A program made the position numbers and the translations under genes. DNA of 64,000 nt from positions 13,530 to 77,529 of the forward strand of contig JBBQZW010000001.1 in NCBI GenBank assembly GCA_038207395.1, read 5' to 3'. Shown here one piece after another: positions 56,973-64,000 of the stretch. The notes under the pieces are model-generated. The model worked only from the letters and a program-made list of their open reading frames with translations, made no database searches and was not told the origin of the DNA. This DNA is from Minisyncoccia bacterium. Lineage in GTDB: Bacteria > Patescibacteriota > Minisyncoccia > Phycocordibacterales > Phycocordibacteraceae. Positions within the stretch are counted from its first letter, which is position 1; each line of letters opens with the position of its first letter.

Positions 56973-57469
56973 ATGCGTAGTCGGTCTTGTAGTTTCTTTA
57001 TCGCGCGGTTTATCCGAACAGATACTGCATTAGGCGTTTCATTCGTTAGTGCAGCGATTTCTGCGGGAGTCCAGCCTTCAGTATACCGAAGGAGAATTGC
57101 TTCACGAGAGGGTTCATTGAGCGTTTCCACTGCTCGAAGAATTTCTCCATATGAAGCGGACTTTTCAATATCAACTCCTGCGCTTCCCTCAACCTCCATT
57201 CCTTCGTCCTGAAGCTGATCTAAGGATTCTTCTTTTTTCTTTCGATACCAGTCCGTGATGCGGTTGCGGGCGATGGTAAAGAGGAGTGCGCGAGGATACG
57301 TTATCTCAGTACCGACCCGAACTGACTGCCAGTATCGAGTAAAAACGTCCTGCACAATATCCTGTGCTCGTTCAGGATCAGATACCTTGAACAAACAGAA
57401 TCGATACAACTCATCGGCATACAGATCGTATGCTTCAATGAACGACGTGGTGAGGGGTTCGGGTTCCAT
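56969..57469 (-). CDS. RNA polymerase ECF-type sigma-70 family factor
   Basis: Region 2 (DIVQDVFTRYW) and region 4 HTH (TEGWTPAEIAALTNETPNAVSVRINRAIKKL). Confidence 0.85.
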   Translation of the reverse strand: MEPEPLTTSFIEAYDLYADELYRFCLFKVSDPERAQDIVQDVFTRYWQSVRVGTEITYPRALLFTIARNRITDWYRKKKEESLDQLQDEGMEVEGSAGVDIEKSASYGEILRAVETLNEPSREAILLRYTEGWTPAEIAALTNETPNAVSVRINRAIKKLQDRLRI

Positions 57470-57768
57470 CTATAGAGACGGCACAGAGTGCCATTCCTTA
57501 CGTAGCGAATTCGCCTAAGGTACCCCTAAGTATACCGTATGAAAAGACTGTGGGTAGAGAAAATATCCTCTGCACATAGGCGCTTATGAGTGAGCTATGG
57601 TAAACGCACCAATCATACTTGCGAGCATGAGTGCGGGAAGGGCGATAGCGAGATCGTATTTGATACTTCGTAGCATATAAGAGTTCGTTAAGGTAGATAA
57701 AAGAATGAGTATTCATTCACGTAACTAGGTAACGTTGAATACTATAGTTCCAGGTCCATGAAGTATCG

Positions 57769-58551
57769 ATGAGCGACTATGCGCGGTATACTCACCCTAT
57801 GAAAGAAGCTCCTGAAGAATCTGCTGACAATTCCCTCCTGCCGATGCGTCTTAATAAATACCTTGCGCATCAAGGTGTCGCTACGAGGCGTGATGCTGAT
57901 GTGCTTATTGAGAAAGGACGTGTGCTCGTAAATGGAAAACGCGCAGAGGTGGGGATGAAGGTGAATGACGGGGACGCCGTTGAAGTCCTCCAAAAGAAAG
58001 GGCAGGCGAAAAAACTGTATTACGTTGCGTACCATAAGCCACGCGGAATCATCACGCACTCAGCTAAAGATGGTGAGGAAGATATTATTTCCGTACTTCC
58101 TTTTGAGTACCGAACGCTGGGTCTCTATCCGGTTGGGCGTCTTGATAAGGACTCATATGGCTTGATTGTTCTCACCAATGATGGACGCATTACTGACCGT
58201 CTTCTGCGCCCTGATGCTGAGCACGAAAAAGAATATTCAGTCCGCACCAAACTTCCCCTCCGTCCCAGTTTCAAACAGCACATGGAGGCAGGTGTGGATA
58301 TTGAGGGATACGTAACGAAGCCAGCAAAGATTAAAGTGACGGGTGAAAACACCTTCTCCATAACAATCACTGAAGGAAAGAAGCATCAGATCCGCCGCAT
58401 GGTTGTGGCTATGCATAACGAAGTCGTTGACCTTAAGCGCACCCGCGTTATGAATATTCGTTTAGGAACACTAAAGAGCGGACAGGCGCGGCACATTGAG
58501 GGGGATGAGTTGACGAGCTTCATGGAGCAGCTCCATTTGCCCGTTCAGTAA
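57769..58551 (+). CDS. rRNA pseudouridine synthase, RsuA/RluB family, with N-terminal S4 domain
   Basis: RLNKYLAHQGVATRR (S4 domain). HKPRGIITHS...YPVGRLDKDSYGLIVLTNDG catalytic Asp motif. The true start may be an internal ATG. Confidence 0.85.
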   Translation: MSDYARYTHPMKEAPEESADNSLLPMRLNKYLAHQGVATRRDADVLIEKGRVLVNGKRAEVGMKVNDGDAVEVLQKKGQAKKLYYVAYHKPRGIITHSAKDGEEDIISVLPFEYRTLGLYPVGRLDKDSYGLIVLTNDGRITDRLLRPDAEHEKEYSVRTKLPLRPSFKQHMEAGVDIEGYVTKPAKIKVTGENTFSITITEGKKHQIRRMVVAMHNEVVDLKRTRVMNIRLGTLKSGQARHIEGDELTSFMEQLHLPVQ

Positions 58552-58562
58552 CATCTTCCGGT

Positions 58563-59033
58563 ATGCGGCATTTCACGCTTGCACTTCTTATTGACGAAGA
58601 ACACCAAACGATTTTGCTGGGCAGAAAAAAGACTGGTGACTATGGTATTGGCACCCTTAACGGACCAGGCGGCTCGTTAGAGGATGGCGAATCGCCTCTT
58701 GAGGGCATAATCCGTGAGACGCGCGAAGAGTTTGGTATTGAACTTGCACTGGATGAAGTGCAGCCCGTTGCAACGCTGACCTGCCATGCTGGTGGTACAC
58801 CAGACGCACTCGTACACGTTTTTATATCCCATAAATGGAGTGGGGCTCCAAAAGAAAGTGACGAGATGATTCCCACCCTAGTTCCCCTATCTGCTATTCC
58901 ATACGAGCATATGCTTGAGGGTGATAGACACTGGATGCCACGTGCACTGAACAAAAATAGCGAACCTTTTTGTGCACATATTTTCTATGCCAACCGAGCA
59001 AGGGGGTTTGTTGGTATTGAGTTTGATGAGTGA
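58563..59033 (+). CDS. NUDIX hydrolase (MutT-like)
   Basis: Nudix box GGSLEDGESPLEGIIRETREEFGI. 12 nt downstream of the pseudouridine synthase gene. Confidence 0.85.
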   Translation: MRHFTLALLIDEEHQTILLGRKKTGDYGIGTLNGPGGSLEDGESPLEGIIRETREEFGIELALDEVQPVATLTCHAGGTPDALVHVFISHKWSGAPKESDEMIPTLVPLSAIPYEHMLEGDRHWMPRALNKNSEPFCAHIFYANRARGFVGIEFDE

Positions 59034-59124
59034 TTCGTGTATTGCTGGCCGTTTGGGACGGCATTCGAACAATTTTGCATAAAAGTTGGCTCTACCAGGA
59101 TTACTTCCGGCAGAGCCAATAATG

Positions 59125-59808
59125 TTATGCAACCGCACCCTTCTTTCGTAAAAGCCTCGGATCAATCTTGCCTTCCCATGGAAGGAAATCATAGGTGGTG
59201 CAAACGAAGAAGTCTCCCTCGTGATCAAATACACTCACCGATGCATTCCTTGGAGTTTTCCACGAATGCCAATCCTCGAGAGTTGAACCGGTTAGCAGCC
59301 GTCTGAGGCACAAACCTGAGATGCCATGGCCGGAAATATAGATCGTCGAATCTGGACTTCCGAGAGTATCAGAATTGAGTAGCTCAGTCAGCCGACTCTC
59401 AACTCCAGTACACGATTCCCCCTCGGGAGCTTGATAGGCATAGTAGCCTACTTCCTTGAGGCGCTCTTCTTCACCAGGGTATTGGGCAAGGACATCGGCA
59501 CGCAGGGTTGTATGCCAGACACCCATGTTCCGTTCGTCGAGGAAGGGACTTTCCGTAAGCATGCTTTCGAAGCCAGCCGCGATGGGTATGGTATGCGTCC
59601 TTAGGAAAGTCGAACAGAATGCCGCGCTAATAGTGGGAAATTCTTCTCGTAGATAGGCGGCAGTGATGTCGCGCTGAAGTTCCCCGACCTGAGTTAGTGG
59701 AGACTCGCGATTCGGAATGCCCGACTGGAGCGCTCCCTCGTGATCCACATTATGTAGGCACTCGGGGTGACGAGTGAAAATAATCCGTTTTGGTAGATGT
59801 CCTAACAT
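59125..59808 (-). CDS. histidine phosphatase superfamily (phosphoglycerate mutase-like) protein, tentative
   Basis: IIFTRHPE resembles the RHG catalytic motif. Downstream His-containing ISGHGISG. Confidence 0.45.
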   Translation of the reverse strand: MLGHLPKRIIFTRHPECLHNVDHEGALQSGIPNRESPLTQVGELQRDITAAYLREEFPTISAAFCSTFLRTHTIPIAAGFESMLTESPFLDERNMGVWHTTLRADVLAQYPGEEERLKEVGYYAYQAPEGESCTGVESRLTELLNSDTLGSPDSTIYISGHGISGLCLRRLLTGSTLEDWHSWKTPRNASVSVFDHEGDFFVCTTYDFLPWEGKIDPRLLRKKGAVA

Positions 59809-59904
59809 CTCTGTATCCTTTCTAATCCAAGAATACAGTACCTTATCTTATGCAAAACTGCGAGCTGGGTATTTGAGAAAATATTCGAACAAATCTATTC
59901 TTAA

Positions 59905-60546
59905 TTAAAAAGCTGCAAGCTTCTTAAGTTTTGCTCCACAAGTCGTTGTAGTTACTTTTTGGAATTTCGTAATCTCAAATTTAAGGCCCTCAATAGTTTT
60001 CTTTGGTGCATAGAAATATCCCTCGTCTCCATAGAACTGAGTAATACCTGCCCTTTCATTATCAAACTTGGTCTTTGCATCAGTTGTATTCATACCTCCA
60101 CTAACATCTCTTTGGAATTCAATGTGAATATCTCCAAGAAGTTTTTGTGCCGTTTTTGCTCGTTGCTCAGTAGCTACCCATATAAAGTTGTTCTGGCGAT
60201 TAACTAAATCCTCGACGCTACTGCACGAATTGTAAAAATTATTCATTAATTTCAATTCATCTCCATCAAAATCTTTTGCAAAGAGATGTGAATATTTAAT
60301 CCAACTATTTACAGGTAGAACTGAAGGTAAATCTATAGAATTTTCTGAGTTTAGCTGTTCTCGAAGAATTTCGAGTTTTTCTTCGGCGTTTCGAATTTCA
60401 AAAAGAATTGAAACCGCTGCATTTACTTTTTCATCGAGCTTCTGGAGTTTAAAAACTCTTATTGCAAACCAACCGGTTCCAAGGGTAGATGCACCAGCAA
60501 GAACTCCTGCAAATAAGGGTGAATCTATGAGGTGAAGAAAGTCCAT
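59905..60546 (-). CDS. hypothetical membrane-anchored protein in an AT-rich segment
   Basis: 213 aa. N-terminal TM. Markedly lower GC than its surroundings. Adjacent to tRNA-Gln. Confidence 0.45.
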   Translation of the reverse strand: MDFLHLIDSPLFAGVLAGASTLGTGWFAIRVFKLQKLDEKVNAAVSILFEIRNAEEKLEILREQLNSENSIDLPSVLPVNSWIKYSHLFAKDFDGDELKLMNNFYNSCSSVEDLVNRQNNFIWVATEQRAKTAQKLLGDIHIEFQRDVSGGMNTTDAKTKFDNERAGITQFYGDEGYFYAPKKTIEGLKFEITKFQKVTTTTCGAKLKKLAAF

Positions 60547-60570
60547 ATTTATTAATTACAAATTAACTAG

Positions 60571-60641
60571 CTGGGGGAGAAGGATTCGAACCTTCATAGA
60601 CGGCACCAAAAACCGTAGTCCTACCCTTAGACGATCCCCCA
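60571..60641 (-). tRNA. tRNA-Gln (anticodon UUG)
   Basis: Hand-folded 71-nt cloverleaf: U1:A72 and G73 (bacterial tRNA-Gln hallmarks), anticodon loop TTTTGGT, GGTTCGAATCC T-arm. CCA not encoded. Confidence 0.8.
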
Positions 60642-60749
60642 ATTGAACTATCTTGCCGGTAAATAGGATAAACGGCAAGGTGTGTGTTCAGAAAAACTTT
60701 ATATATTCTTTATCTTTTCTTGATGTACCTTGTTCTATACTGCATCCGC

Positions 60750-61043
60750 ATGCAAGAACACTATTTAATTAACGCGCGCATTCGTATACTTAGGGATTCA
60801 CCCAAGAACATTGATTTTCATATTCGTACAGGAGATTATTTCCTGTACGTTGCTACGCTCGTGGGAGCGCTTGAGGAGGCACTCGGACGCGGAGAATACG
60901 CCACACATACTGAGCAGGAACGCGCTATCGCACGTGAACTTCGCAACGACTTACGGTACGTTCATGCGAACTATGAAATACACTCACGTTCACTCGCTGA
61001 TATTCAGATGATTCGCCCGGCGGGTAATCTACTCTCCCGCTAA
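60750..61043 (+). CDS. hypothetical protein (weak call)
   Basis: ORF from an internal ATG (MQEHYL...). Overlaps the dnaX 3' end by 15 nt. No domain recognised. Confidence 0.25.
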   Translation: MQEHYLINARIRILRDSPKNIDFHIRTGDYFLYVATLVGALEEALGRGEYATHTEQERAIARELRNDLRYVHANYEIHSRSLADIQMIRPAGNLLSR

Positions 61044-62060
61044 CTCATACACGGCGAGCTCAAGGGGAAGCGCGGGGATAGGTGCAAAGCGCATACGGGA
61101 TGCAGCGTCGAGGAGAACCGCCAAGGTGCGGTGCGTAATCTTTGATTCTTTATTCTCTGCAATCTCCTTGATACCTGCGACGTTCTCCATTCCCTGCTCT
61201 TCAGTTAGTTCTTTCCGGAGTTCAGGAGCATGACGGAAGAGCAGCACGGTGCGTACATACTCAAGGACGAGTGAGAGATAGAGAGGGTATTCAATATTCT
61301 CGTGTGAAAGTGACGTTATAACGCTAAGTGCCTGTTCAGTATTTCCTTCGGAAAGTGCGTGGACAAAGGACTCCACGAGGGCGCGCCTTGGCGCGCCCGT
61401 ACTCTTTTCGGTCTCCGTAAGCGTAATCTTTTTGTCAGGCGAAGCGGCACACACTTTCTCAAGAATGGAGAGTGCGTCACGGTATGAGCCATCCGCTAGA
61501 AGCGCAATAAGATCACTGGCTCCCTGTTCAATTGAAAACCCTTCCTTCTGTGCAACGGTAGAAATAATTGAAACAAGACCTTCTCGGCTTGGTTTTTTGA
61601 ACGTAAAGACTTGGCATCGAGACTGTACCGTTTCAGGAACTTTCTCAAGTTCTGTGGTAGCTAATATGAAAATAGCGTGCGCAGGAGGCTCTTCGAGCGT
61701 CTTTAGAAAGGCATTCCACGCACTCTTTGAAAGCATATGTGCCTCATCCAGAATGTATATTTTATACTTGGACTCAAAGGGAAGCGTGTATACGTTTTCC
61801 GTAAGCTGGCGAATATCCTCCACTGTATTATTTGATGCTGCATCTATTTCGTATATGTCTTTGCCGGAGCTTCCAAGCTCACGTGCAAAGATACGCGCCA
61901 CTGACGTCTTGCCAAGCCCCCGTGAGCCTGCAAACAAATACGCATGCCCCGGAGTTTCTGAGCGTATTTGCTCTCCTAGTGGACGGGTAACTTGCTCCTG
62001 TCCAGCAACGTCAGCAAAGCTTCCAGGGCGATACGCGCGGTACAAAGACTGATGAGCCAT
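61029..62060 (-). CDS. dnaX: DNA polymerase III subunit gamma/tau (short form, no zinc module)
   Basis: AYLFAGSRGLGKTS P-loop, ILDEAHML, SRCQVF sensor-2 region. 343 aa. Confidence 0.85.
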   Translation of the reverse strand: MAHQSLYRAYRPGSFADVAGQEQVTRPLGEQIRSETPGHAYLFAGSRGLGKTSVARIFARELGSSGKDIYEIDAASNNTVEDIRQLTENVYTLPFESKYKIYILDEAHMLSKSAWNAFLKTLEEPPAHAIFILATTELEKVPETVQSRCQVFTFKKPSREGLVSIISTVAQKEGFSIEQGASDLIALLADGSYRDALSILEKVCAASPDKKITLTETEKSTGAPRRALVESFVHALSEGNTEQALSVITSLSHENIEYPLYLSLVLEYVRTVLLFRHAPELRKELTEEQGMENVAGIKEIAENKESKITHRTLAVLLDAASRMRFAPIPALPLELAVYELAGE

Positions 62061-62066
62061 ATGTGT

Positions 62067-63044
62067 CTAGTATACCGTACTGTCTTTTGCTCTGCTGAGT
62101 ACGTCTTGAAAGGATTCTAGGGTAGTGGCTTCCATGAGGGCGCCGCGCAGCGGCGCCGAACCATCCCATCCGCTAATAAATGCTTTTACGTGCTTTTTGA
62201 GAATATGGACTGACTTAGCAGGAACCAGTTCACTAAAGTATTCAGTGAGTTTGGTGAGTGCAGCAATCCGTTCTTCTGGCGATATATCTGTTTTATTTCT
62301 TCCGGTAAACAACCACGGATTACCAAATACTGCGCGCCCAAGCATTATCCCATCACACCCATACTGCTCAGTTTTGCTGCGGGCATCGCTCACGTCTTCA
62401 ACATCTCCATTTCCGATAATAAGCGTGTCAGGACTTACCTCATTACGGAGCGTAACAATACGCGGCATGAGATCCCAGTGCGCAGGTACCTTCGACATTT
62501 CTTTACGGGTACGCAAATGCACCGTCAGTGCTTCTGATGTTTCTTCAAGCACAGCACGAATCCAGCCATCAATATCTTCTGTGTTGTACCCTATCCGCGT
62601 CTTTACGGACACCGGTAACCCAGAACTCTTTGCCGCACGAATTATTTCTTTCGCATTCTCTGGGTTTCGCATCATGGCCGCTCCACATCCCTGCTTTTCA
62701 ATTGATTTATCAGGACACCCCATGTTGATATCAACACCGTCAAAGCCAAGCTCACGCGCCAGATTTGCGCCGTACGCCATCATCTCTGGTTTGCTTGAGA
62801 ACAGTTGGGCGACGATGGGGCGTTCAGCTTCCGTGAATTGGAGATCACGCAAAAGGGGATTTACGTCGTCACTCATGATTCCCTTTTCACGGGTGTGATA
62901 GAGGCCATCTGCTGATACAAACTCCGTCCACGTAACGTCTGCGCGCTTATACTCAGCAATAAGTTTCCGGTATGCAGGATCAGTGACATCCGCCATAGGC
63001 GCAAGTACGAAGAACGGTTTTGGGAGTTGTTTCCAGAACGACAT
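62067..63044 (-). CDS. dus: tRNA-dihydrouridine synthase
   Basis: FVLAPMADVTD..., DINMGCP and catalytic Cys/Lys motifs. Confidence 0.9.
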   Translation of the reverse strand: MSFWKQLPKPFFVLAPMADVTDPAYRKLIAEYKRADVTWTEFVSADGLYHTREKGIMSDDVNPLLRDLQFTEAERPIVAQLFSSKPEMMAYGANLARELGFDGVDINMGCPDKSIEKQGCGAAMMRNPENAKEIIRAAKSSGLPVSVKTRIGYNTEDIDGWIRAVLEETSEALTVHLRTRKEMSKVPAHWDLMPRIVTLRNEVSPDTLIIGNGDVEDVSDARSKTEQYGCDGIMLGRAVFGNPWLFTGRNKTDISPEERIAALTKLTEYFSELVPAKSVHILKKHVKAFISGWDGSAPLRGALMEATTLESFQDVLSRAKDSTVY

Positions 63045-63268
63045 ATCCGCACTCTAGCGCACCGCTCGCTCATGGACAAATAATCTGGCTAGCACATACT
63101 TATCGTGGAAGGAGTGCAGGTCATGGAAAATCATTTACTTATTCAATTCGTTTTAAGTGTTGGGTTTCTGACAGCTCTGGGGATTGGATTATGGAGAAAC
63201 AGCCGTAAGCGTCGGGACTGAGACAATGCAAAGACACACAGACAGGAAGCGTTTTCGCTTCCTGTTTA

Positions 63269-64000
63269 CTATTCTCCGTACTTCTTTACGTATACTTTTC
63301 CAGGGAATCGAAGATCAACATACTGAATACTTCCGTTAGTGAGCGCGAGATTTGAAAGAGAACTTGCTGCAGATGATGCGGCATCGCGCTCATGTCCTAG
63401 TACGTACGTAATGCGCGTTGATTGCCCAATCCAAAGATCTGCCTCGTCACCTCTGATGACGAGTGATGTTATGGGTGCACCAAGTTCGCGAATAGCATTA
63501 ACAAATTTTAGTGCCTCAGGCATTCTTCCGGGTAGTACGAGATGCGCACGGGTAGGTGAATTCCCATTTGTGATATCACGATCTAAAGGACCGTATACCA
63601 GAATTTGTGAGCGATTCTCTACAGGCGCTACTGGCTTGGGTAGTGGAGGGGTAGATGAGCTGGTTGAAGCCACTAGCACTGGTGCCCCTACGGTGTGTGA
63701 GTCTTGTGCAAAAATAAATCCTTCAATATCAGACTGGTAGCAGTAGCCGTCAGGCGATGGAGTACTAAAATCTGTTCCGCACCACAGGAAAGATTGTGCA
63801 CGTGGAGTCGTGTAGATAGATAGAGAAGAGAAGGAGGTTGCAGTAAGAGACACTGCCGATACTTCAGGATTAGCATCTAGTATGGCTGCGCGGATCTTTT
63901 CTTTCGGATAAAATACAATTGAGTTCTTAGGTATGAGGTAGAAATACGAACCAGTCATAGTAATTTGTGCAATATGCTGTACAGCATCGCCTGGTGCACC
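63269..64000 (-). CDS. ftsQ: FtsQ/DivIB-like POTRA-domain cell-division protein, 5' end beyond the window
   Basis: C-terminal YVDLRFPGKVYVK, typical of FtsQ. No stop upstream of the ORF-track ATG before the window edge, so the N-terminal TM region probably lies outside. Confidence 0.5.
   Translation of the reverse strand, partial: GAPGDAVQHIAQITMTGSYFYLIPKNSIVFYPKEKIRAAILDANPEVSAVSLTATSFSSLSIYTTPRAQSFLWCGTDFSTPSPDGYCYQSDIEGFIFAQDSHTVGAPVLVASTSSSTPPLPKPVAPVENRSQILVYGPLDRDITNGNSPTRAHLVLPGRMPEALKFVNAIRELGAPITSLVIRGDEADLWIGQSTRITYVLGHERDAASSAASSLSNLALTNGSIQYVDLRFPGKVYVKKYGE

Noticed and set aside
63020-63208. 62-aa plus-strand ORF between dus and the ftsQ-like gene
   Set aside because: No SD, no recognisable features. 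Lies in a short intergenic spacer of a minus-strand gene string.

Overview
This 64-kb window looks like chromosomal DNA from a small-genome bacterium, roughly 48-50% GC, tightly packed, mostly on the minus strand. Gene content suggests a Patescibacteria/CPR-like organism, but that is inference, not established. No rRNA genes and no CRISPR array were found.

Contents in order:
- 1..~2500: remnant of a mobile element (MerR/Xis-like HTH protein, Rep_trans-like replication initiator, hypotheticals) sharing a conserved leader motif; it continues past the window start.
- 3381..3854: a long intergenic region with a terminator, a perfect 23-bp-arm palindrome, and a small Cys/Ser/Gly-rich peptide ORF.
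- 3855..8115: a carotenoid cluster (UbiA-family prenyltransferase divergent from crtI-crtB-crtE).
- 9060..17329: cydAB, tdk, a Prx5-type peroxiredoxin, a SET-domain protein with a small basic partner, a secreted GH18 hydrolase with a peptidoglycan-binding domain, a standalone EgtD-family histidine methyltransferase, and a 3D-domain protein.
- 17510..20425: leuS, which carries a complete NUDIX hydrolase domain inserted between the editing domain and the catalytic core.
- 21480..30215: ychF, a flavodoxin-like NAD(P)H oxidoreductase, a NYN-domain protein, and a reduced F-type ATP synthase operon (atpB-E-F-H-A-G-D-C).
- 30279..35656: a photolyase, a DUF1003-like protein with acidic tandem repeats, mltG, a kinase-like gene flanked by TTAGAACCTC repeats, and tRNA-Ala(UGC).
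- 35697..45824: ddl, a short uvrC, uvrA, a two-component system sitting between uvrA and uvrB, uvrB, and a tgt that lacks its zinc-binding cysteines.
- 45882..46653: a glycine-zipper secreted protein with a textbook promoter.
- 46671..57469: a 10.8-kb co-directional module on the minus strand: ECF sigma, anti-sigma, Pif1-like helicase, two membrane-anchored proteins, a 917-aa VirB4/VirD4-superfamily ATPase with a long N-terminal extension, an 883-aa surface-like protein, a small acidic protein and an FKBP. I propose it as a candidate novel DNA-translocation or surface system.
- 57769..64000: rsuA/rluB-type pseudouridine synthase plus a MutT-like NUDIX protein, a histidine-phosphatase-like protein, an AT-rich islet beside tRNA-Gln(UUG), dnaX, dus, and a partial ftsQ-like gene running off the window end.
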